A stretch of 64,000 nt of DNA from contig OZ004612.1 of NCBI GenBank assembly GCA_963924565.1, positions 25,358,001-25,422,000 of the forward strand. The letters are read 5' to 3'. Below are positions 48,301 to 59,753 of the stretch, piece by piece. This DNA comes from Ascidiella aspersa. Its lineage: Eukaryota. The notes beneath the pieces were generated by a model, which saw nothing but the letters and a program-made list of their open reading frames with translations, did not search any database and was not told the DNA's origin. The number at the start of each line of letters is the position of its first letter. Within the stretch, counting starts at the first letter, position 1. A program made the position numbers and the translations under genes.

Positions 48301-51300
48301 TTTTGAATGAATAACAAGTCAAGTCCCTGTGAAGTCCTATTTCAAGCCAGTCAGCTTCAAGTCGTATCCTTTTCATAAAAAAACTGTGAACTATTGGAAT
48401 TGTTAAGTCCCAGTCAAGTTATTTGTAAAATAACTTAAGTCAAAGTCTAGTCTTTTTGAATAAATAGCAAGACAAGTCCCAGTAAAGTCATATTTGAGCA
48501 AGTCAACCTCAAGTCACTTCCTTGTCATGAAAAAAACGGTAAACTATTGGAATTGTTAAACTCGTACGATTATAAACAATAATTAAACTAAAATTAAGAA
48601 AAACGCAACATATAGCAAGCAAATTGTTTTACGTGCAAAAATGTTGTAAGGTGTTAATTACTGTTTTAACACCTTTCAAGAGTGCTTATCAAAACAACAA
48701 TGCGGCATTTAATAAACTATTAAACAACGAAAGTATAGAATTGTTTATGCTTGAATTAGAACAACTGAACTATTTTCCGGTTATACGTAAGGCAAGCTTA
48801 TATATGTGTTTTTATCCTTTTATTTCACTTATGGTATAGGCATTCATAAACGAATATAGCATAATAATTAACGACAGACTATTATCAGATTCATTACCCT
48901 ATCTGACGTGGACTAAAATTTCTGCCCTGAAACAGCTAAGGAATGGGGATTTACCTTTAAAAAATACAAAACTGTGCCCTGGTGTTTCCCCCCGTTCCCG
49001 AAGATCGCCATCTTACCGTTTGAAGTTAATATTTGTTTTTATTTTAGCGTTCTGGATCGCTCGTTGTCTTTAACTACAAGCTGTTCAAGGTTGTTAGGTC
49101 GGGCTTGTTCCAAGGAGGCATTGCCAGATATAGAACTGCCTGTGTTGACTTCTCTTGTTCTTTCAATGAGCAGGACACTTTACTGATCACAATGGCTCCA
49201 GAAATCACGTAAGTGTTTACGATGATTGGCTTATGTGTTTATCAACCTATAGGTAGCGACTCAAACAGGGCGGCCGTTTTTAATTTGGTTGGGTCGCCGA
49301 CCGAAAAAAATTTTCTGTTTGGATTTATTGAGTTTGGTTCTGAGCAAGATTACAACATCTTTATACCAATGTATGTTTTTTGCTAATGAATTGCAAAGCC
49401 AAAAAGGTCGAGTAGATCGACATCATCTTGATTAAGACGTTTCGATACGAGCTTGTATCATCTTCAGTTAATGTAATGATGTTAAGAATGATGTCGATCT
49501 TGTCGACCGACGACTAAACAGGTGGTCCGTGGCGATATGACAGGAAATTAAAAAGTTAAACATATATTTTGTACATCAGGTGTCGATAACCTACGGCCCG
49601 CGGGCCGGCCCGGGAATGTAATTTATCTTTTGACACACTAGACACTAGTCCATTTCTCATACTTTTTGACTATTTTAACTGTGTAAGTGCAAACAATTTT
49701 TGCGCTTTGCGTTAACGATCTTTATACATCAGGTTTGTTTACTTTATGATGCTGTCATTTGAACTAGATTAGCGCTTCTTGCGCTGTGGAAGACTGACAA
49801 GTGCCAAAGTGCGTCGCGTACAAACGGAAAACGTGTTCAGAAATATGAACATACATTTTTAATTTTAATTTTTGAAATGTAATAAAAACTTGCGAGAAAT
49901 TTGAAAAAAATGTCGGTATACCCCCAAAAAATTCGCGCTCGCTCCGCTCGCCAGGTACGCCCGGACTTAATTGCAGTACGTTAACAAACACTGAACTAGA
50001 TTAACCATTAAGGTTATCGCGTTTTCGCAAAGTGGTTTTGTTACACTTTTCAATATGAATAACGACGTGTAGTTTCGAATTTTGAACCTAACAAACGCTT
50101 TTTGTCCCGCTTTGCGCCAACATTTTACTGCCTCCTTAAATGTAACTAAACACGATTTTAAGTGCAAAAACATATCCAAAGCCGGCCTGATTAACAGTTG
50201 TTCTAACATTTTAATAACATAATTCGTAGTTAATATTTTGTGCGCCCCGCAGATACCTTTCAGAGTTTGGTTTTAGCCGGCGACTAGAAAAAGTTTGCCG
50301 ACCCCTGTTGTACAGTATGCGTACTCTTTAAAAATAATTAAATTGCCGCAGGTATTCACAGCTTATTGATTTCGAAATCTTTTGCTATCCAGTATCGTAA
50401 ATCTTACTAGTTGCGCTTTGAATTTATAATGAATTAATGATTTAAGCAGAGGGAAGCAATCCCATCCGTCCCATTGATGTTGTCAGTTTTGTAAATATAT
50501 AAAATTTGGTTTTATTTATTTTTTGCTTTGCATTGCGGTCCGCAAAAAAAAAAACAGATTTAAAAATAGTGGTCCGAGTTTGGGAAACCCTGCCTTAGGC
50601 AACACCTTTGGAGCTGTAGCAAAATTAGTGCCAAGTTGCAATATCCCTAACTCGCTGTTATACTTACGTTAGACGTAATCTATAATTCCAAATCAAAAAG
50701 AATAGCCATGAACGGCTAATTGATGTTGCAAAGGTTCAACAGGCACGAATGTTTCATTTCAAACCACGTTTTTTCCTCGTCAGGAAAATCACAGACGAGG
50801 TGACGGCCCATGGTGATTTCGTCTTTACAATTGGAATGTACGCTAGCTCTTCGTTTGTCATCCTGCTAAACTCGCCAGTTACTGTTACCATACCCGATGA
50901 CGTATTCGTTCAGATTTCTCTGCAGAACGCGGAAAACACAGCTCTTCGGCTCCGGGTAAGTCTGTAGCAATTATTGGGTATATTCAAAATTTTCTTTCAA
51001 ATTACAGAATCTGTTTGAATCCGAATGGTGAAAGTAAACGATTCTGGTTGCACATCGATGATAAATATTAAACTAAGTACAGAATTGAGTAAACCAAAAA
51101 TCAGTTTGTTTCGATGTTATATGATAAATATAATTCGCTACTAGAAGCATCATCAGTATCTTCGTTGAATGGAATCAAAATTATTGGATATTGTTGTAAA
51201 TAATCAAGGATACACTTTTCTTGATACTCAAGACATGAAATGCGTCAAGCGCAAAAGCCCTTACATTGGCTTACACGACTCGACTGTTTACGTTATAATT

Positions 51301-54300
51301 CAACACTTTTAACTTGTCTCGCTTAAAGGCACATATAGGCTACTAGTTCTGCAATCTTTTAGCTGAGTTAGACAAATATCAGGCTAGTTACTTACACGGA
51401 TGAAGGGTGTTTTTCTAGCCTCCATGCGTGACCAAGGATCTCAGAAAAATCACAACAATCAGTCAGCAATATCTTAAACTTTTATTACCTGCATTTTGCC
51501 ATATAAATGACTCGGAGTTTATCTATATAAATAAATAGTAAAAAATATTAAAATTGTAGAATAAAAAAACGAATTACATCCAAGAATAACATGGACAAAG
51601 ACAAGCGGTTTTCTTTTTTCAAAAGGTTTTGCAACACGATACAATGAGCACGGTGCAAAAACACTTTGCACAACTTAGATTTCAATCAAATTTACCAGAT
51701 TGATTTGATCAGAAACACCAAAAAACACTAATCCTATGGCATAAATAAAACAAACTGATTCTATAATGAGTTAAATTTTATGGTATATAGCCCGCGAGCC
51801 CCGCCAAGACACCGCTTAAGCAAAATCCATTGGTTTTAACGGCCACAACTAAATCGCTTTGTTTTCGTTAGCTTGTTACAGAAAATAATTGTTACTGACA
51901 AGGCGAAGGGAGAATCTAACGCAGTGTTTATCAACCTATGGGTAGCGACCCGAAATAGTAACAGGGGACGTGGCGTTATTTTGCACAATGTGCGCAAAAA
52001 TGTGCACGCCAAAATGTGCAAAAAATGTGCGCACATTTTAAACTGCCTTCAAAAATGNNNNNNNNNNNNNNNNNNNNNNNNNNNNNNNNNNNNNNNNNNN
52101 NNNNNNNNNNNNNNNNNNNNNNNNNNNNNNNNNNNNNNNNNNNNNNNNNNNNNNNNNNNNNNNNNNNNNNNNNNNNNNNNNNNNNNNNNNNNNNNNNNNN
52201 NNNNNNNNNNNNNNNNNNNNNNNNNNNNNNNNNNNNNNNNNNNNNNNNNNNNNNNNNNNNNNNNNNNNNNNNNNNNNNNNNNNNNNNNNNNNNNNNNNNN
52301 NNNNNNNNNNNNNNNNNNNNNNNNNNNNNNNNNNNNNNNNNNNNNNNNNNNNNNNNNNNNNNNNNNNNNNNNNNNNNNNNNNNNNNNNNNNNNNNNNNNN
52401 NNNNNNNNNNNNNNNNNNNNNNNNNNNNNNNNNNNNNNNNNNNNNNNNNNNNNNNNNNNNNNNNNNNNNNNNNNNNNNNNNNNNNNNNNNNNNNNNNNNN
52501 NNNNNNNNNNNNNNNNNNNNNNNNNNNNNNNNNNNNNNNNNNNNNNNNNNNNNNNNNNNNNNNNNNNNNNNNNNNNNNNNNNNNTCACATTTTGAAGGTG
52601 TTTTAAATTGTGCGCACATTGTTAAAAAAGTGCGCACATTTCTGAAGGCAGTTTAAAATGTGAGCACATTGTTAAAAAAAGTGCGTGCACATTTTTGCGC
52701 ACATTGTGCAAAAAATGTTCGCATCCCCGTCTCCAAACTAGGGTGGCCGTTTGATTTGGTTGGGTCGCCGTCTGCAGCAGTTGTATATGGTTAGATTTAT
52801 TGAGATAGGTTCTGAGCAACTTTGATAACATTGCAGAACCAGTACGAAGACGTGGCTCTCATTTTATAAACTGCAACTTTTTTATTCCGATGTCTTTTGT
52901 TTTGTTCGCTTCCAAAAGTTCAGTAGATATAAATAGGTCGCCAAAGGTTCGCTGTTATACCTACGCTTAGTTTTGGGGTTGCCGTGAAAGAAGGCTGAGA
53001 AACACTGCCGTTGGATTTCCACCTCGGTTAGATTTTAACGGAATGTGTTTATCAATAACAACAGATTCGGTGAGTCTGCGATGGCTTTCGGTGTACTAAT
53101 TATACGTAAGCCGTAATCGTTGGTCAAAAAGCAGCTTTAGAAGGGCTAGATCTCAGTTGTTAACACACATATGTGTGCAACTGTGCATGTTTCATTGAAT
53201 AAATGATGTGGATCCCCTTCAATTGAATTGCTTGTACTAACAAATTGAGCAAGCATTGGCGCATGGTTGTTTCTCGACTCACTCCTGTATGAGCCTGCAT
53301 AGCTCATTTGGTAGAGCGACAGTCCCGGCTTGACCGGAGGTCGTGAGTTCGAACCTCACTGCAGGCTAGTTGTTTTTCTAGTAGACCTGCCCTGCTTGCA
53401 TCATAGATCACAGATTTGGTGAGTCTGTGCAATGGCTTTCGGTGTACTGTGTTTATCAAGATTACAATTTGCCAATATATAGTATACGATTTGTCTTTAT
53501 ATTGTGTCAGCTGATTGCCCTATTCACGAAGAGTTACGGTGATATCGTTTTGCAAACTTGTTAACTTTTATTTTAAGGCGCAAAGTTGTCAAGTCGTCAA
53601 GGATCCAATGACTGCCATGCCAAGTTACGAGATCATAAGCAACTAGTAGGTGGAAATGTGATTTTTTAACATACCGGTTCTGTTGTCCTTTTGCAAACAA
53701 GTTATTTTAGAATGCAAGTCAAGTGAGGTGTGAAAAAACAGCACGACAATTGCTAAAAACACAAAACGTTGAATCAATCCGTTTAAAGATTGAAGATGCC
53801 AAGTCACAATGAATATTGCAAATTTGAGCTTAACTGGCCAATGATTTACATCGTCAGTTGGTTGTTTGTAATATCACGAGAGGGAAACTAACTAAAATGG
53901 GCACCAGAACCAGTGTTGTAATGACTTAAGTCAATGACTTCATTTAAGTGCACCTAAGTCACTGTTTTCAAATGACTTAAATTGACTCAAGATATTTGGC
54001 CAAAACAACTTGACTTAAGTCTTTCGGACAAATAACTTGACTGGACTTAAGTCATTTGGACAAATGGGTTGGGTTGAAATGAAGTATTTTCTTTCAGTTT
54101 TGTTTTATAACATGGAGCTATTTATCCAAATATTTGCACATAAAGCAAATAGCTTGCTAAATGTAGCGTTTGTCATATTTTTTAGTTCATTTTTTTCATA
54201 ATTGTACCGGTAGTAGTTTATAAATTATAATAGTTTAACGTTTTATTTTTATCACAAGGACGTGACCTGAAGTTGACTTGCTCTAATTATGACATGACTG

Positions 54301-56240
54301 GGACTTGACTTGCGCAATTGATGACTTGGACTGGGACTTGACTTTGTTATTTATTTAAAAAGACTTGACACGGACTTAAGTTATTTTACAAATGACTTGA
54401 CTAAGTCTCAAGTCATTTTAAACTGACTTGTTTACAACACTGACCAAAACATAGATTTGCGGCTCGTGGTTAGGATAAAATACAGCTCTTGGTCTTGAAA
54501 AATATTGGCCACCACCTGTTGTAGCCTATAGGCTCGGTATACAAACTTTGAAATTGCCTTTGCAGTTGCGAAAGTACACCGTTCGCCAACGAAGCACAAG
54601 GCGTGGAACGACTGGTCATAATGAACGAGGACAGCACCGACGTTCAGTTTAGGTTCAGGTCGTTCGTGTTTTTTGAGGACATCGTCGGCGGCCCCACCCA
54701 AGAGTATTACATTAAGTGTGTCGTCGAAGTTTGCGATTTCGATACTGGCGACTGCACAGCGGTAAGTGCGTTAAGGCTTCTATTTTAACAAAAACAGCTT
54801 GAAGAAGAGACTCCGAATCAGTGTTGTAATGACTCAAAGTTATTGTTTTTAACTGACTTGACTTGACATAAGTCTTTTGAACAAATTACTTGAATTGACT
54901 TGAGCCTTTTTAACAAATTGTTTTAGTTTTAATTTTATCTATTTTCCATGTTTTACCATAATAATGACGTCATTTGGTACGTATCAGAACGCGATACTTT
55001 TTGTTCAAAATGTTGGGTATAATAACAGTACGGATAACCCTAGTTCACAGGTAGTTTTTTCAGTTTTTGACGCCAAATTCGCTTTAGCGCTGAGACGTTC
55101 AGTAACCATCAGTATTTTTTTTCTAAAAGCTCGTATATAGCTGCTCGAATACACCAGGTAAACTCTCGTTAACAAGTTCTTCATGAATCTTCTAGACGCC
55201 CTATTGCAGACCGAATCGTTTGCAACTTGTTTGCAACACTGCCAGGTACCATTTGTGGTCTGGGGAAGTTTGTTGTACCTATACGCAATGCAATTATTGA
55301 GAACGCCCTACTGACGACCACAAAAACTCCAAACTTAATATATGAGCCCAACTGGCAGTATTTATAACCAGGGAGCCGAACCGGAACCGAACCGGAACTT
55401 TATGAAACGGTTTTGGGTCAATTTTGTCCGAACTGTAACCGAACTTGAATCGGGTTTTGTAAGATTTTAAGGAGCCGAACCGGAACTGAACCGAATAATT
55501 TGAAAGTACCTCAACCTTAACCGAACCCGAACCTGTAAACAAAAGCGGTTCACTCCAGCATGACGTCACAACCTCTTTTTACAGAGTCAAGTAACGCCAT
55601 GTTCGAAATTATAATTATATTATATTTTAGATATTTCAGTAATGAGTGCTGTTTTTTTAATACGTCACGTAACTTAGATTAAATGACTTACAATTCAAAG
55701 ATTATTCTCTACATTTATCGACCCACATTTTTAGATTTAACGCAACTTATATTGTATCCGAACCGGAACTTTATGAACCGGTTTTGAAATAGCGATGGTC
55801 GAACCGGAGCTGAACCGGAACTTTTAAATTGCTTGAAACCGAAACCGGAACTGAACCGGATTCCGAAAAAATCTTTAAACCCGAACCGAACCTGAACCGG
55901 AAAAGTCAAACGGTTAGACTCCTTGTTTATAACCGAGAGTTGCTCATCCTGCAGTATTAATCAATCGAATGAAGACGTTCTGCATAGGACGTCGAAACGT
56001 CGATTGATTAATACTGCTGGATGAGTAACACTCGGTTATTATGCCTGGCAGAAAAGGTTTATTTCATACAGCATTTGTTCAAGTTCTTCACGAATATACT
56101 AGACTCCTTTTTGTTGCCAACAGACCGACTCGTGCGGAAGTAGAAGGAAAAGAAGCGCCAAGTTGTTGACGGCCAACTCCAACCTGGCTGAACAGCATAG
56201 CGTCACACTTGGACCTCTGACATTCGTCAATCCAAAGTAG
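45301..56240 (+). CDS. Secreted ZP (zona pellucida) domain protein, 323 aa, 8 exons
   Basis: Exons 45301-45364, 45707-45740, 47989-48148, 49048-49208, 50784-50955, 53578-53645, 54566-54761 and 56124-56240 join in frame (972 nt). Signal peptide MKFELSLVLLVFC; ZP Cys pattern; FRFRSFVF and YIKCVVEVC motifs; furin site RRKR; EHP VTLGPLTF; AATAAA just after the stop. Confidence 0.88.
45707..45740 (+). CDS. ZP protein exon 2 (NLTCGTQITL)
   Basis: 34-nt exon, AG/GTAAGT, bridges phases 1 and 2. Confidence 0.78.
45815..46339. mobile_element. hAT (Buster-type) MITE with internal TGTGCGCACA repeats
   Basis: TIR CAGGGGT..GCAACC; TSD CATTAAAC/CATTAAAT. Confidence 0.75.
47368..47662. mobile_element. hAT (Buster-type) MITE
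   Basis: TIR CAGTGGTTCCCAAACT; TSD CCCTAGGG/TCCTAGGG. Confidence 0.8.
47989..48148 (+). CDS. ZP protein exon 3 (ZP-N)
   Basis: AG/GTAAG, Cys2 and Cys3. Confidence 0.85.
49048..49208 (+). CDS. ZP protein exon 4 (ZP-N end, TACVDFSCSF)
   Basis: AG/GTAAGT, in phase. Confidence 0.85.
49431..49472 (-). ncRNA. Minimal type I hammerhead ribozyme motif (Penelope-like element type)
   Basis: AUUAA-CUGAAGA-U-GAUAC(AAGCUC)GUAUC-GAAA-CG-UC-UUAAU: intact core, stems I and II, palindromic ACGU in place of stem III. Confidence 0.7.
49577..50307. mobile_element. hAT (Buster-type) MITE
   Basis: Ends CAGGTGTCG.../...CGACCCCTG; TSD TTGTACAT/TTGTACAG. Confidence 0.7.
50784..50955 (+). CDS. ZP protein exon 5 (GDFVFTIGMY, IHP region)
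   Basis: AG/GTAAGT, in phase. Confidence 0.87.
51922..53007. mobile_element. hAT-like MITE spanning the assembly gap, with TGTGCGCACA minisatellite
   Basis: TIR CAGTGTTT(A/C)TCA; internal repeat shared with 46100-46270; related copy starts at 49234. Confidence 0.6.
52058..52585. other. Assembly gap (N run)
   Basis: Run of N flanked on both sides by the same TGTGCGCACA repeat. Confidence 0.99.
53293..53450 (+). mobile_element. tRNA-derived SINE
   Basis: GCCTGCA/TGCAGGC acceptor-like stem, A box TAGCTCATTTGG, B box GTTCGAACC, aberrant anticodon arm; body also found at 10570-10650 and 53061-53097. Confidence 0.75.
53578..53645 (+). CDS. ZP protein exon 6 (AQSCQV...YEIISN)
   Basis: AG/GTAGG, in phase; ZP-C Cys5. 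Confidence 0.8.
53911..54442. mobile_element. hAT-like MITE, GACTT/AAGTC family
   Basis: TIR CAGTGTTGTAA; TSD ACCAGAAC/ACCAAAAC; other copies at ~44620-44981, ~57894-58210 and 60717-61087, partials at ~20304, ~48270 and ~54820. Confidence 0.78.
54566..54761 (+). CDS. ZP protein exon 7 (ZP-C)
   Basis: FRFRSFVF, YIKCVVEVC. Confidence 0.9.
55369..55925. mobile_element. hAT (Ac-type) MITE with AACCG subterminal repeats
   Basis: Ends CAGGGAGCCGAACCG/CGGTTAGACTCCTTG; perfect TSD TTTATAAC. Confidence 0.8.
56124..56240 (+). CDS. ZP protein last exon (CGSRRKR...VTLGPLTFVNPK*)
   Basis: Furin site, EHP, stop and polyA signal. Confidence 0.88.
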   Translation, partial: TDSCGSRRKRSAKLLTANSNLAEQHSVTLGPLTFVNPK

Positions 56241-58433
56241 ACGTAAGTTAATGTTGATAAAATAAAAAGAATATTGCTATTTTTATTGTTTACATTGGGA
56301 TAAAAGCCTGTTCCAAAACTTCTAGTTTGTTGGTCTTTTAACCGTATAGTAAGATCCAAACAAAACCATAGGTGTTATAAAACATATCTAAAACAATTCG
56401 AATTGAGAATTTAAGTAGGACTGATGGTGCATTTTGCGTAATATAGTATTCTGGTCTTTTGAATAAAAAAGTTGTTTCGTAACCTTTGTGATTCTGTTTG
56501 GATCTAGACGTAAGTTAACGTCGAAATTCGGAGACTGATGATGCCTTATTTCATAGCGAACTTATTTCTCTTATGAACTCAAAAATGACTGAGTTTAATA
56601 AGGACAGGAAATCTTAAAGAATATTTGCTCTCATTTAAAGTCATTGTCTTTGTTTACATGTAAGGGCGTGAAGATTTATTTTTATGTTACACAATCAGTT
56701 TGCCATAGATGTACGGTTGGCGTCACATAATTTGGAAATAAGCTATAACGCATTTAGAAGTATAGGTAACCATGTTTGTACATTCGCATAACTCTTCAAT
56801 CATTTTCAACCTTAAGTGTGAAATTTTTTTAACTTAGATAGTACGTCTAGCCACAGTGGTGAAAGTAAGCCTAAACGGCATTCCGGTCGAATGATTTTTG
56901 CAGATACACCGCGTTTCGAAAAATTTTTATTTTTTACCGGGCTATGTTAACTTTTTATCAGACTATTCCGCCATATCCTTGATTGAATTTAAACTAAGAT
57001 TTCAGTTCATATATGCGCACCACATCGAACTGTAGCTTAAGGTTTCGCAAGATTAGTTGTTTTAGAAGTCTCGTTATGACGTAAATTTATGACGTCATGT
57101 CGAAAAACTTTTATGCGTTCCGTGAAGAAAACTATTCTACCTCTACCACTGCGTCTGACTAAAATCCCCAACCATAATGCTGCCGAGTAAACTGAAAGTG
57201 AACATTACGGGTAAAATGCAGGATTATACGTTGATTTAAAAACAGTGATGTTCTTAATAGGTTTACCAGACCCTTTTGCTTCAGTTTGAAATAATGCGAA
57301 AAAGAAAAATTGAAACATAGCGGTACAATAAATTCACTCAATTTTACCCTTGTATAAAATCATACTTACTATATGCAAGGGTGTCGAATTATATTATCAA
57401 AATTTAATGAGATGAAATCCAGCTAACGAAATATTTAGTTGCTGATTTTGAAAATTTATGGTATGTTTTCAAAGAACAAATAAGAGTTTAATAGCCTTAT
57501 TGTTATAAACCAGGGGAGTGGAGTCGGACTCACAACTCGGGACTCGAGTAAGACTACGTACCCGAGTCCCGAGTCTGACGTTCGCATGCGCAGTGCCAAA
57601 TTTCGAAATTGATAAGGCCACCAACTGTAAATAGTAAAGGTGAAATAGCAGATGGTGGAATATTTTCAAAAATGCATTTAGGATAGATGAATAATATGAC
57701 ACGCCTATAAATGGAACGCTAAATATCCTCCTTATTTTAGTTAGTAATTGGTGAAATGCGGGCTGAACATTTGGAGCCGAACTCGAGACTCGACGAAGTT
57801 ACACGTTTGGTCGGAGTCGGAGTCGGAGTCGGGTTGGTTTTAACCTACGTCGCAATGTAGCCTACTGCTTTTCAATCCACTAAACTTCTAACCTGTGTTG
57901 TAAACAAGTCATTTTGGGAAGTTCCAGTCAAATAAATTGTAAGTAACTGAAGTCCAAGTCAAATTCTTTTGAATAAGTAAATTCCCAACTCGAATCATTA
58001 GTTGCCAAAGTCAAGTCCCCATCAAGTTATAATTAAAACAAGTCAATTTCAAGTCACGTCCTTGTAATTAAAAATGAAACGTTAACTATATAAGAATTGT
58101 TAAACTGAAAGACTTAAGTAAGGCCAAAAAATTTTGCCCAAAATGCTTTATTCAAGTTAAGTTGTTTGAAAACAGTGATATCTGACTTAAGTGAACTTAA
58201 GTCAAGTCATGTACAGTTACATTCAATTGTGATATCTGGAAAATTCATTGGTAAAAGCACAACAACATGTCGTATTGTTTTAATTTGTTGTTTATTTCTG
58301 AAACTATAGGAAAAGGTTATAGGCTATTAATGACAACTTCGGAATCCATAAGGGATTATAGGTTTCGTGCAAACATTACACCCATAAACTCTAAAAACAG
58401 TTCGTATAACCTAAAACGGTTTGTGGGACATAC

Positions 58434-59051
58434 TTGTGAGATGCTTTAACATATCCTCTTCCATTCTTTCGATAGCTTGTTCACTGCTAAAAAAGGTATG
58501 AATAAAGTCATTTTTAGTTCATAGTTGGAGCAAGTCAGACACGTCATGTATCCAAAAGACTCAGACAATTCAAGTCACTTTACCCGAAAAATGTAAATCA
58601 TGTTAGCATAAGTCATCACAACATTGCCGAAATCCATAATAATGCGTCCAATTAAGCTCTTAAGGCCCATTTACACACTACAGCTGCGCTCCAAGGGTAA
58701 TTTGCATTTGATTTCTATTGTGGCGAGCGTTTGACACGTTGCTTAACTCAAACCCCGTGCAGCTAGCAAAAAGTTACGCTTTGGAGCGATTTTCACGCTT
58801 TGCTCGACTGACATCGAAGCGTGAAAGTAATTTGCCTAGTCTGTTACAGCCATAGTACAAACGAAATTTCACCCTCAGCTTAGTTCAGTTGTAATGTAAA
58901 TAAATTCACGCCCTCAGCTCAGCGCAACTGTAGGGTAAACAGACTTTTATACTTACTCACCAGTAACACCACGACGCCTTCTCCAACCGGCCGTGGTTTC
59001 TACTAAGAGTAGAACAGCGAACAGAAGGACAAAAAATTTCAACTTGTTCAT
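58434..59051 (-). CDS. Small secreted prepropeptide (signal + GWRRRR + acidic segment), at least 2 exons: 58957-59051 and 58434-58486
   Basis: MNKLKFFVLLFAVLLLVETTAG signal peptide followed by WRRRRGVTG. A GTAAGT donor splices in frame to DSEQAIERMEEDMLKHLT. A possible third exon lies at 58245-58297. Confidence 0.55.
58663..58945. mobile_element. Harbinger-like MITE
   Basis: Imperfect TIR GGCCCATTTACACACTACAGCTGCGCT / AGCGCAACTGTAGGGTAAACAGAC with TAA/TTA flanks. Confidence 0.5.
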
Positions 59052-59753
59052 AATTTTACTTTCTGCGTCTACAAAAGATAAAACGTTCAGTTTATTGCCA
59101 GCGATAAAAAAGAAAAGAATAAAGAAAAACAGATATGAAGTGAAGCAACGAGCTACCACCGATCGTTATAGGAACTTATGATTTTTTATCAAATCATTGA
59201 GTTGGCTGACAGGCAGGGCTACGTGTTGACAATAACCCAGTCCGACTTCGGCCTAAAAATTCACTCGACCTTCGGCCTGGAAATTTCACTTTTTGCCGCA
59301 GACCCAAAAATAAGCGTGGTTCCAGGATTTTTTAGAGATGACGTCACAACATGATGTCACAAAGTTGCATACAAGCGTCACGTCATAAAAAGTAACTTTC
59401 GGATCAGTACACATCCGTTTTTTGTTTTGTTAAAGTTTTAAAAAAAGTTGTAGGTGTTACTTTCAATACGAAAGCTGTATACGTTGCAAATGTGTTATTG
59501 ATTCGCGCAAAGCGAAAAACCTCTCTATGTTGTTTAGAATGGCAAAACTTTCATTTTGGAGGTTGCAATGAGACGCAAAAACGACTTTATCTAACTTGGC
59601 TAAGACCGGCCGAAACGTAATTCAGAAAATTTTGCTTTTTCGTCGTTAAAATCCGTCCCTAATTGCAACTACCATGCATTGATAGCAAAATAGCTAAACC
59701 TAAACAATGCTTTTCCATAAAGCTCTTGTTTCAAAGACTTTCGCAGACTTTCG

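Noticed and set aside
51873-52637. Long ORFs of 179-240 aa
   Set aside because: Artefacts of translating the N gap.
53293-53368. Possible tRNA gene
   Set aside because: Anticodon arm has an insertion and a 5-nt loop, and the flanks are repeated elsewhere, so it is a SINE head.
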